Part shown: positions 19,125 to 28,904 of the stretch, piece by piece
Position numbering within the stretch: position 1 is the stretch's first letter
How the letters are laid out: each line of letters opens with the position of its first letter
NCBI GenBank assembly: GCA_002419365.1
Contig: DIGA01000095.1
Coordinates: forward strand, 17,636 to 81,635
Origin: Mageeibacillus sp. UBA5734
GTDB taxonomy: Bacteria; Bacillota; Clostridia; Saccharofermentanales; UBA5734
DNA: 64,000 bases
Reading direction: 5' to 3'
The notes under the pieces: generated by a model
Databases searched by the model: none
The model's input: only the letters and a program-made list of their open reading frames with translations
Told to the model about the DNA's origin: nothing
Position numbers and translations under genes: made by a program

Positions 19125-20096
19125 ATGAAAGAATGGATGAAAACGAAGGAGTTCATGATCCTGATGATCGTGAGTGTGGTCTTCCTGATCATTTCGATCG
19201 GGAACCCCACCGCATTCCTGAATACAGGGAATATTTTCGATATTGTCAAATCAAACCTGGTCCTGGCGATCGCCGCAATGGGCATGCTGCCCATCATTCT
19301 GACCGGCGGCATCGATGTATCTGTCGGCGCCTTGATGGGCGTCGCATCTGTCATGTCTGCCTATTTCATGATCCATGTGTCTGACAACATCGCGCTGGGA
19401 TTTCTGGCTGGAGCACTGACAGGTGTTGTGCTGGGGGCGATCAATGGCGCCTTCATCGCCTTCATGAAAATGCCGCCGATCGTCGCGACACTAGGTACAT
19501 TGTCCATTTACCAGGGCCTGATGAACTTCATCACCAACGGCAACTGGATCACCAATATTCCGGCCGGCTTCGTCGAATTCGGCAAGCAATACCTCTTTGA
19601 CCTCGTCCCGATCCAGTTCATTTTCCTGATTGTCATGGTGACACTGACCTGGTGGCTCTTGAAGTACACCTATTGGGGCCGCGGAGTCTTCGCCATCGGT
19701 GGCAACATTATCTCAGCGGAAAGAATCGGTTTCAACGTCAAGAAGCTCCAGTTCATGCTCTACATGTTCATTGGCTTTGTCAGCGGTATCGCGGGTGTTG
19801 TCCGGACCAGCATATTTGGCCAGGTCGATCCCAAGGTTTTCACTGGATTCGAACTCAAAGTCATCGGTGCGGTCGTTGTCGGTGGTGCCAGTACATCAGG
19901 AGGCTATGGCAGCGTGCTGGGAACCCTGCTGGGCGTTGTCCTGATGGGCCTGCTCGAAAATGGCATGATCCTGCTCAAGATCCCGACCTTCTGGCAAAAG
20001 ATATTCATCGGCTCGGTCATCCTGTTCGCCGTCACAGCGGACATCCTCCGTGCAAAACGAGCTGAAGCTAAACGCGTCAAAGTTGATGTGGCTTGA
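19125..20096 (+). CDS. CUT2 ABC transporter permease (RbsC-like)
   Basis: 323 aa, about 10 TM, with GGIDVSVGA motif. GAGGAG RBS. Confidence 0.9.
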   Translation: MKEWMKTKEFMILMIVSVVFLIISIGNPTAFLNTGNIFDIVKSNLVLAIAAMGMLPIILTGGIDVSVGALMGVASVMSAYFMIHVSDNIALGFLAGALTGVVLGAINGAFIAFMKMPPIVATLGTLSIYQGLMNFITNGNWITNIPAGFVEFGKQYLFDLVPIQFIFLIVMVTLTWWLLKYTYWGRGVFAIGGNIISAERIGFNVKKLQFMLYMFIGFVSGIAGVVRTSIFGQVDPKVFTGFELKVIGAVVVGGASTSGGYGSVLGTLLGVVLMGLLENGMILLKIPTFWQKIFIGSVILFAVTADILRAKRAEAKRVKVDVA

Positions 20097-20112
20097 AAAA
20101 GGGGGAACCGAT

Positions 20113-21144
20113 ATGAATCAGACCGATAAAAATCCTTTGCTCAAATCGATTCGTGACAATTCCAAAGAGGCGACGCTGATCGCTGTCCTGGTTGTCATCA
20201 CTTTGCTTCTCGCCGTACTGACCAAAGGCAAGTTTCTCAGCTCGGCCAATCTGGTTTCCATGGCTTTCCAAATGCCGGAATTCGGTTTCATCGCACTGGG
20301 CATGATGGTGGTCGTTTTGACCGGCGGCATCAATCTTTCCGTCATCAATACAGCGGCCATGTCCTCGATTTTCGGTGCACTGATCATTTCAAAAGTCTTC
20401 AACCAGGGGGAAGGCAACGCCACCGTCGCGCTGATTGGCGGATTGATCGGCATCACAGTTGTCGCCCTGCTGGGTGGTGCCCTCAACGGTCTGGCTGTAG
20501 CCCATTTTGGGGTGGCACCGATGCTGGTTACGATCTCAACCATGATGATTTTTGAAGGGGTCGGTCTTCTGATCACCAAAGGAGGTGCCATCTCCGGGTT
20601 CCCGTCCAATTACATGTGGATCGGCGCCGGAAAAATCCTTGGCATCCCCTTCCCGATGATCCTCTACATCCTGGCCGTTATCGCTTTTGTCATCCTGCTC
20701 GAACACACCGTCTGGGGCCGGCAAGTCTATATGGTCGGCTGCAATCCGACCGCAACATACTTCTCAGGTGTCAACAATCGCTCCGTCCTGATGCGAGTGT
20801 ACCTGCTGTCAGCAGCCTGTGGCATTTTCGCCGCTGTCCTGATTTCATCCCGCTACAACTCAGCCAAAGTCGACTACGGTTCATCCTATCTGATGAAATC
20901 GATCGTTGCCACGGTCCTGGGTGGCACAGACATCAATGGTGGCTATGGCAAAGTCATCGGCACCGTCACAGCTGTTCTGATCATCCAGGCCATTTCATCC
21001 GGACTCAACCTGCTCAACGTCAACCGTTTCCTGACCGATGTCATCATGGGTGGTCTGCTGCTGGTTGTCCTGGCCATCAACTTCATCAGCATGGTCATCT
21101 CGGCCCGGCGCAACAAACAGCAAGCAGCGGCCAAGGCTGTCTGA
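20113..21144 (+). CDS. CUT2 ABC transporter permease (RbsC-like), second subunit
   Basis: Start set at ATG 20113 (MNQTDKNPLL) behind AAGGGGGA. Contains GGINLSV motif and is multi-TM. Confidence 0.9.
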   Translation: MNQTDKNPLLKSIRDNSKEATLIAVLVVITLLLAVLTKGKFLSSANLVSMAFQMPEFGFIALGMMVVVLTGGINLSVINTAAMSSIFGALIISKVFNQGEGNATVALIGGLIGITVVALLGGALNGLAVAHFGVAPMLVTISTMMIFEGVGLLITKGGAISGFPSNYMWIGAGKILGIPFPMILYILAVIAFVILLEHTVWGRQVYMVGCNPTATYFSGVNNRSVLMRVYLLSAACGIFAAVLISSRYNSAKVDYGSSYLMKSIVATVLGGTDINGGYGKVIGTVTAVLIIQAISSGLNLLNVNRFLTDVIMGGLLLVVLAINFISMVISARRNKQQAAAKAV

Positions 21145-21223
21145 TATCATCCGACTCGATCAATCCCTGGATTCCGAAATCATGCACACGCCTGTGTGCT
21201 GATAAATAAAAGGAGGAAGACCC

Positions 21224-22282
21224 ATGTTCAAAAAAGCAATCTCTGTCATGCTCGTCCTCGTGATGGTCACCTTGGTTGGCTGCTCAGCAGCGACCACGAC
21301 AGCCACCACAGCGGCTCCTGCGGCAACCACTGCGGCAGCTGCCGAAACCACCGCAGCCCCAGCTGGCGGCAGCGAATCCTACACCATCGTTGTCATGCCC
21401 AAGCTGATCGGCATCCCTTACTTCAACCGTTCCCAGACCGGTGCCGAACAGGCTGGCAAAGACCTCGGCGTCAACGTCATCTACAACGGTCCTTCCGTTG
21501 GTGACGCTGCCCAGCAGGTCCAGATGATCGAAGACTACATCACCCAGGGCGTCGATGCGATCTGTGTCGCCCCGAATGATGCGGCCGCTCTGACCCCTGT
21601 CCTGCAGAAGGCCAAAGACGCCGGCATCAAAGTCCTCGACTGGGATACCCCTGCTGAAAAATCCGTTGTCGAACTGTCTGTGCACCAGATTGACGACAAG
21701 GAACTGGCCCAGGTCTACTATGACCAGCTCGTCGAAATCGCTGGAACCGATTCTGGCAACTATGCCATCATCACCGGTGGTCTCTCGGCTGCCAACCTCA
21801 ACACCTGGATCGACCTCGGTGCCGAATACGCCAAGACCAAATACCCGAACCTGAAGCTCGTCACCGACAAAATCGGTTCTGACGAATCAGCTGATATCGC
21901 CTACCAGAAATCCCTCGACCTGATCAAGACCTATCCGGACCTGATCGGCATCCTCGGCTATTCCACCCCGGCACCGCTTGGCATCGCCAAAGCTGTCCAG
22001 GAAAAGGGCCTCCAGGACAAGATCGCTGTTCTCGGTACCGCTATGCCGACTGACTCCAAGCCTTACCTCCAGGATGGCTCCCTCGATGCTTCCCTGCTCT
22101 GGGATCCGGCCACCCTCGGTTACCTGACCGTTTACCTGGCCAAGGCCGTCCTCGATGGCACACCTGTCACCGATGGCATGGACGTTCCGAATGTTGGTAA
22201 GATCGTTGTCAGCGGCAAGGACGTCGTCATGGGTCCTCCAGCCGTCTTCACCAAGGAAAATGTTGACAACTATCCTTTCTAA
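21224..22282 (+). CDS. CUT2-type periplasmic-binding-protein-fold sugar-binding lipoprotein (RbsB/LsrB/RhaS-like)
   Basis: LVGCSAATTTATTAAPAATTAAAAE lipobox and tether, followed by a type-I PBP fold (VVMPKLIGIPYFN...GVDAICVAPND). AGGAGG RBS. Confidence 0.88.
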   Translation: MFKKAISVMLVLVMVTLVGCSAATTTATTAAPAATTAAAAETTAAPAGGSESYTIVVMPKLIGIPYFNRSQTGAEQAGKDLGVNVIYNGPSVGDAAQQVQMIEDYITQGVDAICVAPNDAAALTPVLQKAKDAGIKVLDWDTPAEKSVVELSVHQIDDKELAQVYYDQLVEIAGTDSGNYAIITGGLSAANLNTWIDLGAEYAKTKYPNLKLVTDKIGSDESADIAYQKSLDLIKTYPDLIGILGYSTPAPLGIAKAVQEKGLQDKIAVLGTAMPTDSKPYLQDGSLDASLLWDPATLGYLTVYLAKAVLDGTPVTDGMDVPNVGKIVVSGKDVVMGPPAVFTKENVDNYPF

Positions 22283-22324
22283 GCCAGATCTTGATTCTTA
22301 ATGGACGTATCATTGATGTCATCT

Positions 22325-22360
22325 GGGCTCCCACTGAATGTCTTGCTTTGGTGGGGGCCC
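22325..22360 (+). promoter_or_regulatory. Intercistronic stem-loop after the CUT2 binding-protein gene
   Basis: gggctcccac-N16-gtgggggccc forms a 10-bp stem with one G-U. No U-tract follows. Confidence 0.4.
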
Positions 22361-22385
22361 TTAGCCAATACGGGAGGCAAAGCAC

Positions 22386-23888
22386 ATGAATTACTATCTG
22401 GGTCTCGATAATGGCGGCACGCTGGTCAAGGCCGTCGTGTTTGATCAAAATGGCCAGATGATCACACGGGCCTCAGAGAAATTGACCATGCTAACGCCTG
22501 CACCCGGTTTTACCGAACGGGACATGAATGAACTCTGGTCAGCCAATCTCCGGGTCCTGCGCGCGGCAGTCGAACAAGCGGGTCCCCAGATCGCTACCCA
22601 GATTAAAAGTGTGGCCTGTTCCGGCCACGGCAAGGGGCTGTATCTCTGGGGCAAAGACCAGCGGCCCGCCTATCACGGGATCGTCTCGACCGATGCCCGA
22701 GCCGTAGACTATTCCGACCGGTTCAATTCAGATGGAACAACAGAAAAAGTCTTTGCCACCAATTTCCAGCGCATCCTGGCCAGCCAGCCCGTTTCGATCC
22801 TGCGCTGGCTTAAAGACCATGAACCACACGTACTAGCCAATACCCAGTGGATTTTCGAGTGCAAGGACTACATCCGCTTCCGTCTCACAGGTGAAGCGTT
22901 TGCCGAGATCACCGATTATTCCGGCTCGAACCTGCTCAATCTCAAGGAGCGCCGCTTTGACCACAATCTGATGGAGACCTTTGGCCTGGGCGACTTGTAC
23001 GACGCCCTGCCCCCGCTCAAACACTCGACCGATGTCTGCGGTTTGGTCACTTCAGAAGTCGCAGCCCAGACCGGTCTTCCCGCCGGTATCCCCGTGGCCG
23101 GCGGCATGTTTGACATCGATGCCTGTGCCATTGCCATGGACATCCTCAGCGATGACAAATACTGTGTCATCGCAGGAACCTGGAGCATCAATGGCTTCAT
23201 TTCCCGGCAGCCGGTCACCGATCATAGCGTCATGATGAATTCCATCTATGCCCTGCCGGACTACTACTTCATCGAAGAAAGCAGTCCGACCTCAGCCGGC
23301 AACCACGAATGGTTTATCGAACAATTCATGAGCGAAGAAAAGCAGCTGGCTGAAGCTCGCGGGATCAGTGTCTATCACCTGACCGACGACATGGCAGCCG
23401 CTGTCGCTCCCGAAGACCACGACATCATCTTCCTGCCCTACCTCTACGGATCCAATTACAACCCCCGGGCCAAAGCCAGCCTGATCGGTCTGGACAGCTC
23501 CCACACCCGGTCCCAGATCATCCGGGCTGTTATGGAAGGCATCTGCCTCGGGCATCGGGTCCATCTGGAAAAGCTGCTCGCCCATAAAAGGCCCAGCGTC
23601 ATCCGTCTGGCCGGCGGTGCAGCCAACTCACCCTTCTGGGTCCAGATGTTTGCCGATATCTTCCAGCTCCCCGTCGAGACCCTGGAATCCAGCGAACTGG
23701 GCGCCCTGGGCTGTGCCATGGCCGCCAGCGTAGCCGACGGACACTATCAGGACCTGGCCGCTGCCAGCCACGCCATGGTCCGGGTCAAACAGCGCTACGA
23801 ACCTCAATCAGCCTTAGCTGGCATTTATGACCGCAAATACAGACGCTTCAGGCAATTCTCTGAACAGCTTGACACGTTATGGGAATAA
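22386..23888 (+). CDS. FGGY-family carbohydrate kinase, LyxK (L-xylulose/3-keto-L-gulonate kinase)-like
   Basis: 500 aa. Blocks YYLGLDNGGT, GFTERDMNELW, SILRWLKDHEP, EESSPTSAGNHEWF, FLPYLYGSN and RLAGGAANSPFWVQMFADI parallel E. coli LyxK as I recall it. Confidence 0.8.
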   Translation: MNYYLGLDNGGTLVKAVVFDQNGQMITRASEKLTMLTPAPGFTERDMNELWSANLRVLRAAVEQAGPQIATQIKSVACSGHGKGLYLWGKDQRPAYHGIVSTDARAVDYSDRFNSDGTTEKVFATNFQRILASQPVSILRWLKDHEPHVLANTQWIFECKDYIRFRLTGEAFAEITDYSGSNLLNLKERRFDHNLMETFGLGDLYDALPPLKHSTDVCGLVTSEVAAQTGLPAGIPVAGGMFDIDACAIAMDILSDDKYCVIAGTWSINGFISRQPVTDHSVMMNSIYALPDYYFIEESSPTSAGNHEWFIEQFMSEEKQLAEARGISVYHLTDDMAAAVAPEDHDIIFLPYLYGSNYNPRAKASLIGLDSSHTRSQIIRAVMEGICLGHRVHLEKLLAHKRPSVIRLAGGAANSPFWVQMFADIFQLPVETLESSELGALGCAMAASVADGHYQDLAAASHAMVRVKQRYEPQSALAGIYDRKYRRFRQFSEQLDTLWE

Positions 23889-23916
23889 AATCACAACCGA
23901 AAACAAGGAGGCATCG

Positions 23917-24783
23917 ATGAAACACGGTATTTACTACGCCTATTGGGAAAAGCAATGGCAGGCCGACTACATCCCTTATATCGAGAAGGCGGCTCAACTC
24001 GGCTTTGACATCCTGGAGATTGCCGCCAGTCCTCTGCCCTTCTATTCGGAACAACAAATGAAGGACATCAAAGCCTGTGCCGCAGCCAATGGCATCACCC
24101 TGACCTGCGGCCACGGCCCCAGTCCGGACCAGAACCTGGCCTCGGCCGACCCGGCCGTCCGCGCCCATGCCAAGTCCTTCTTCACCGACCTGCTGTCGCG
24201 TCTCGAAAAAATGGACATCCATGTCATCGGCGGCGGTATCTACTCCTACTGGCCGGTCGATTACGCCCAACCGATCGACAAGCCCGGTGACTGGTCCCGC
24301 AGTGTCGCTGGGGTAGCCGAAATGGCCAAAGTTGCTGACGCCTGTGGCGTGGACTTTTGCCTCGAGGTTCTCAACCGTTTTGAGGGCTACCTCCTCAACA
24401 CCGCCGAGGAAGCCGTCCAGTTTGTCCAGGAAGTCAACCACCCGCGGGTCAAGATCATGCTCGACACCTTCCACATGAACATCGAAGAAGACAGCATCGG
24501 TGGTGCTATCCGCAAGGCCGGCCAGCATCTGGGCCATTTCCACACCGGTGAATGCAACCGCCGCGTGCCCGGCCGCGGCCGCACCCCCTGGCGCGAAATC
24601 GGCGAAGCCCTTCGCGATATCCACTATCAGGGCGCCGTCGTCATGGAACCCTTTGTCCGCATGGGCGGCCAAGTCGGCTCCGACATCAAGATCTGGCGCG
24701 AAATGAACCCCGGCGCTGACGACGCCCAGCTCGACCTCGATGCCAAGAACGCAGTAGCTTTCCAACGCTACATGCTGGACTGA
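23917..24783 (+). CDS. Ketose 3-epimerase of the D-psicose (D-allulose)/D-tagatose 3-epimerase family
   Basis: Start set at ATG 23917 behind AAGGAGG. The N-terminus MKHGIYYAYWEKQW... is almost identical to characterised clostridial DPEases from memory. Metal ligands fall at E150, D183, H209 and E244 when counted from this Met. Confidence 0.9.
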   Translation: MKHGIYYAYWEKQWQADYIPYIEKAAQLGFDILEIAASPLPFYSEQQMKDIKACAAANGITLTCGHGPSPDQNLASADPAVRAHAKSFFTDLLSRLEKMDIHVIGGGIYSYWPVDYAQPIDKPGDWSRSVAGVAEMAKVADACGVDFCLEVLNRFEGYLLNTAEEAVQFVQEVNHPRVKIMLDTFHMNIEEDSIGGAIRKAGQHLGHFHTGECNRRVPGRGRTPWREIGEALRDIHYQGAVVMEPFVRMGGQVGSDIKIWREMNPGADDAQLDLDAKNAVAFQRYMLD

Positions 24784-24800
24784 TTCTTTTTCTCCTCTAG

Positions 24801-24846
24801 CAAACAAGGGATCGAACGTGGTGGTTCGGTCCCTTGTTTGTTTTTA
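24801..24846 (+). terminator. Rho-independent terminator ending the epimerase operon
   Basis: caaacaagggatcgaac-gtggtg-gttcggtcccttgtttg forms a 17-bp stem with one G-U, followed by TTTTTA. Confidence 0.85.
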
Positions 24847-24882
24847 TAACACTCGGATTGGTTCCCTTTACGGAGCCAGCTT

Positions 24883-26202
24883 CTAAGTCCGCACAGACCC
24901 TTTCCCCGCCCGGATGTTCTGGACAAGATACCGTTTGGCGGGGCAGACATAGGCGCAGCAACCACATTCGATGCAGTCCAGGACATGGTGGTCCTTTAGT
25001 TGTTCGATGTTTTTACGACGGGCGCCGTCATCTAATTCAAATGGAAAGAGGTGCATCGGACACGCCTTGACGCAGCGACCACAGCGGATGCAGGGAGATT
25101 CAGCAGGTAAGTCCGCTTCATGTTTATCAAACACGAGGATCATGTTGTTCTGCTTGATGATCGGCATGTCCAACCGGTCGATGGCCACGCCCATCATCGA
25201 ACTACCCATGATGATCTTGCCTGCCTCTGCTGCCTGGCCCCCGGCATGGGCAATGACATCCGGAATCATGGAACCGATTGGGACATTGACATTACACGGT
25301 TTCTTGATACCACTGCCATCCAGGGTCAAATGCTTTCGCACCAGAGGCATGCCTGTTTTCAAGTATTTGGCGATGAAACGAACGGTGCTGACATTGATCA
25401 CCAAGACTCCGACATCGATCGGCAGGCCGCCAGTCGGCACTTCGCGCCCGGTCAGGGCATGGATCAGCAATTTCTCTGCACCCTGGGGGTAGATCGTTTT
25501 CAATAATTTAACACTGATAGCCAACTTTAAACGCATCGCTTGTTCGGTCTTTGCCAATGCGTCCCTGAGTAGTTTTTCCGCCAGAGGCTTGTTATCCTCG
25601 ATCCCGATGATTGCTTGGGGAATCCCCAGGTATTTTAATACCAGGCTGATCCCTGCGATGATTTCATCCGGGTGTTCGGCACACTGGCGAAAATCCGTCG
25701 TGATATACGGCTCACACTCCGCGGCATTGATTAACAGACACTCTACCTTCTTGCCTGTCGGGATCCTGAGTTTTCGGTGAGTCGGGAAGCCAGCGCCACC
25801 CAGACCAACCAAGCCCGAATCCCGCAAGGCCTTGAGAAAACTTTCCTTGTCCGTGACGGTCGGTGGAGCAATCGATTCATCGGGGGCATACAGCCCATCG
25901 GATTCGATCTGGATGACCTCGACCGAGTGACCATCACTGGTGACTTCCTTGCGGATGGCTGTCACCAGGCCGGATACGCTGGAATGGATCGGCACCGCCA
26001 TCGGATCGTTCGCCTCGCCAATCAGCTGGCCAACCTTGACCTGGTCACCGACCATGACAACGGGTGTACACGGTGGCCCGATATGCATGCTCATCGGGAT
26101 ATGAATTTCCTTGAAATCATCCAGATGGATCGTCGAAAAAGCGTCCGTGTTTTTATGGCTTTTCGGATGGACCCCACCGGATAAATGCCCTGATCTGAAC
26201 AT
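24883..26202 (-). CDS. rnfC: RnfC-like protein (NADH-binding/SLBB plus 2x[4Fe-4S]); orphan, with no other rnf genes nearby
   Basis: GLGGAGFPTHRK, CIRCGRCVKACP and CIECGCCAYVCP motifs. Start moved to ATG 26202 (MFRSGHLSGGVHPK...), which matches typical RnfC N-termini. Confidence 0.8.
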   Translation of the reverse strand: MFRSGHLSGGVHPKSHKNTDAFSTIHLDDFKEIHIPMSMHIGPPCTPVVMVGDQVKVGQLIGEANDPMAVPIHSSVSGLVTAIRKEVTSDGHSVEVIQIESDGLYAPDESIAPPTVTDKESFLKALRDSGLVGLGGAGFPTHRKLRIPTGKKVECLLINAAECEPYITTDFRQCAEHPDEIIAGISLVLKYLGIPQAIIGIEDNKPLAEKLLRDALAKTEQAMRLKLAISVKLLKTIYPQGAEKLLIHALTGREVPTGGLPIDVGVLVINVSTVRFIAKYLKTGMPLVRKHLTLDGSGIKKPCNVNVPIGSMIPDVIAHAGGQAAEAGKIIMGSSMMGVAIDRLDMPIIKQNNMILVFDKHEADLPAESPCIRCGRCVKACPMHLFPFELDDGARRKNIEQLKDHHVLDCIECGCCAYVCPAKRYLVQNIRAGKGSVRT

Positions 26203-26308
26203 GGCTGAAACCTCATCGGTTTTGAGGAGAAAAGATAGCCTAACACGGATATTATAATCCTTTTCTTCGTGTACAATGGTTGCATGTTCACTGAAAGGCC
26301 AAAAACCC

Positions 26309-27199
26309 ATGCATCACGAAAAATCCATCGGCATCGCGACAGCCGTCGCCGCATACACCCTCTGGGGCTTTTTGCCTGTCTACTGGAAGGTCCTCGGCGA
26401 TGTGCCAGCCCTGGAGGTCCTCTCGCACCGGATCATTTGGTCCCTGGTCTTTGTCACCCTGATCATCGGCTTTAGCCGGCAATGGGACAAGATTCGCCCG
26501 ATCATCACTGACCGTCAGCAGGTCCGCCTGATCAGCCTCGCAGCGGTCATGATCGCACTCAACTGGGGGCTTTTCATCTGGGCGGTCCAGTCCGGCCGTC
26601 TGCTCGACTCCAGCCTGGGCTATTACATCAATCCGCTGATTGCGGTCTTGCTCGGTGTGGTCATTTTCAAGGAACGCCTGAGCCCTTGGCAGAAGTTGGC
26701 GATTGCATCCGCTGCGATCGGCGTCCTGATCCTGGTTATCAAGGCGGGCAAGTTCCCTTGGCTGTCCTTTGCCCTGGCGCTCTCGTTTGGTATCTACGGA
26801 GCAATCAAAAAGGCGGTTAAAGCAACCGCCCTTGTGGGTCTGGCGCTCGAGACAGCTGTCCTGGCCCCGCTCGCCCTGCTTTTCATCGTTTCCCGTCAGG
26901 CCTCCGGCCAAGGTTCACTGGGCGGATCGAGCCTGACCGTCACCTTGTTCCTGCTCGGCGCCGGTGTGGCCACTGCGATCCCGCTGATCCTGTTTGCCTT
27001 CAGTGCCAAGCGCATCCCGCTCTCGACCCTGGGCATCACCCAGTACATCGCTCCGACCCTGATGTTTCTATTCGGCGTTTTCGTCTACCATGAGCCCTTC
27101 CAGCTCGTCAATGCCGTCAGCTTTGCCTTCATCTGGCTGGCGCTGGCGATCTACAGTCTGTCCCAGACGAGAGCTCTCAGGCGCAAAGCAGTCGTCTAA
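26309..27199 (+). CDS. rarD: RarD-type EamA/DMT family transporter
   Basis: GIATAVAAYTLWGFLPVYWK N-terminal signature and 10 TM. Start at ATG 26309 is preferred over 26276 by comparison with RarD length. Confidence 0.8.
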   Translation: MHHEKSIGIATAVAAYTLWGFLPVYWKVLGDVPALEVLSHRIIWSLVFVTLIIGFSRQWDKIRPIITDRQQVRLISLAAVMIALNWGLFIWAVQSGRLLDSSLGYYINPLIAVLLGVVIFKERLSPWQKLAIASAAIGVLILVIKAGKFPWLSFALALSFGIYGAIKKAVKATALVGLALETAVLAPLALLFIVSRQASGQGSLGGSSLTVTLFLLGAGVATAIPLILFAFSAKRIPLSTLGITQYIAPTLMFLFGVFVYHEPFQLVNAVSFAFIWLALAIYSLSQTRALRRKAVV

Positions 27200-27241
27200 G
27201 CACTATACTCAACACCCATAGAGGGAGATGCTGGGGGTCCC

Positions 27242-27970
27242 ATGAAAAAAGGCAAGAAAATTATCATCGGCATCCTCGCGGTCTTGCTCACACTCGCCGG
27301 TGCCTTTTGGGTCTATACCCTGGACTACTATCATGCGGACCATTCTGCGCTCGAGGCAACCAGCATTGAAAGCGGCGTCACTATTTCCCAGTTAAACGGG
27401 GCGCTTGTCTATGACCCTGGCCATGCGGATACCGCCCTGGTCTTTTATCCCGGCGGAAAAGTGGAATACTCGGCCTATCAGCCCTTGATGATTCAGATCG
27501 CACAGCAGGGTACTCTGTGCATCCTGCCCGAAATGCCCTTCAACCTGGCGGTCTTTGACATCGATGCAGCCGATGCCTTCATTGCCAAACATCGATCCAT
27601 TTCACATTGGTACGTCGGCGGGCACTCGCTGGGTGGCAGCATGGCTGCAAGCTATGCTGCTGGCCATGCCACTCAAATGGATGGCCTGGTGCTGCTGGCT
27701 GCCTATTCAACGGCCGATCTTGCATCCAGCGGTCTGCGGGTCCTGAGCATCTATGGCGATCGGGATGGCGTTTTGAACCAGACGTCTTATCAGAAATACC
27801 GAAAAAACCTGCCGGAGGATCTGGTTGAAATCATTGTGGCAGGCGGCAATCACGCTGGATTTGGCAATTATGGCCCACAACAGGGCGACGGAAATGCCAT
27901 CATGACTCCGGAACAACAGCAGCAGAAAACCGCACAAGCCGTCGCGGAATTTTTCGCGAAATCGCGCTGA
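27242..27970 (+). CDS. Membrane-anchored alpha/beta-fold hydrolase
   Basis: N-terminal TM (IIIGILAVLLTLAGAFWVY), GHSLGG nucleophile elbow and a C-terminal GGNHAGF motif. Confidence 0.7.
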   Translation: MKKGKKIIIGILAVLLTLAGAFWVYTLDYYHADHSALEATSIESGVTISQLNGALVYDPGHADTALVFYPGGKVEYSAYQPLMIQIAQQGTLCILPEMPFNLAVFDIDAADAFIAKHRSISHWYVGGHSLGGSMAASYAAGHATQMDGLVLLAAYSTADLASSGLRVLSIYGDRDGVLNQTSYQKYRKNLPEDLVEIIVAGGNHAGFGNYGPQQGDGNAIMTPEQQQQKTAQAVAEFFAKSR

Positions 27971-28022
27971 ACGACCTGAAAGAAAGGGCTCATTCCGCCT
28001 CCTGTGCTAGCTGTGCTTTCAC

Positions 28023-28904
28023 TTACGCCAGAGCCAGGTGATTGCTCTTCTGGTATTGCTTGGGCGTGCAAGAGCAAGACTTCTTGAACGATTTTAGATA
28101 GGATGTGTAGTCTGTAAATCCGCTGTCAAAGCAGGCTTCAAGGATTGATTTACCCTCGCGGATCAATTTCTTGGAATTTTCCAAACGTTTGGAGATCACA
28201 TAGTTGTAAATGCTGGTCCCAGCATACTCCTTGAACAGTCTGCTGAGATGGCCTTCACTCATATTGACCTGGCGCGTGATCAGGCTTAGGTCCACATCAG
28301 GGTCCAGAAAATTCTGGTTGATAAAATGGATGATCGCGGCTACCTCGGGGTTTTGCAAGCGCTCGCTTGATCGATCATGATGCTCATAAAGGTCCAGGAT
28401 CGTAATCATCAATTCCATGGAATAGCAGGTCATCAGGGCAGGTGCATATTTGTCACTGCGTTCAATGGCCTTGTATGTCTCATAGAAGACATTCCGCAGT
28501 CGCCACTGGCTCTCTTTCGTGCAGGAAATCGTGCAGGGTTCCATTAAAAAGTTGAAATCACTCTCTTCTATCGCATGCAGCCGGATGATTTCAGCCAAAT
28601 ATTCAGGAATGATATGGACCACAAAGCGTTTATAGCACGATGTCCCCTCTTCAATGATGGTGCAATGCAGCAGCCCGGGAGGAATGATGACAATCTCCCC
28701 GCACTTGACGGGGTAGCGGATACCTTCGGCCGAGATGGAGATGTTACCTTCGACAACCAGGATCACCTCGATGAAATCATGACTGTGCAACAGGAAATTT
28801 CCAAAAGTCCGGTCGGCGAAATAGAGGATGTTGATGCCTTTATCGACAGATACTTTCGGAATCGGCTGATCAAAAAGTTCAAAAACTTGAGGATTCAACA
28901 TCAT
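28023..28904 (-). CDS. AraC-family transcriptional regulator (cupin sensor plus HTH)
   Basis: 293 aa with an N-terminal cupin-like domain and a C-terminal AraC HTH (GFTDYTSYLKSFKKSCSCTPKQY). Divergent from the TRAP operon. Confidence 0.88.
   Translation of the reverse strand: MMLNPQVFELFDQPIPKVSVDKGINILYFADRTFGNFLLHSHDFIEVILVVEGNISISAEGIRYPVKCGEIVIIPPGLLHCTIIEEGTSCYKRFVVHIIPEYLAEIIRLHAIEESDFNFLMEPCTISCTKESQWRLRNVFYETYKAIERSDKYAPALMTCYSMELMITILDLYEHHDRSSERLQNPEVAAIIHFINQNFLDPDVDLSLITRQVNMSEGHLSRLFKEYAGTSIYNYVISKRLENSKKLIREGKSILEACFDSGFTDYTSYLKSFKKSCSCTPKQYQKSNHLALA

Noticed and set aside
21281-21370. GC-rich low-complexity stretches (also 7180-7250, 29260-29330, 38080-38150, 53590-53660) that might look like tandem DNA repeats or CRISPR-like periodicity
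   Set aside because: They encode the Ala/Thr/Pro-rich tethers that follow the lipobox Cys of the binding lipoproteins. There is no fixed repeat unit or spacer structure.
23848-24807. 319-aa minus-strand ORF spanning the entire ketose 3-epimerase gene
   Set aside because: It is a full-length antisense ORF, but its product is Ala/Gly/Val-rich with no motifs. The sense frame matches a characterised enzyme family residue for residue.
24883-26202. Presence of an Rnf ion-translocating complex
   Set aside because: Only the RnfC-like subunit is encoded, and no RnfD/G/E/A/B genes are adjacent.
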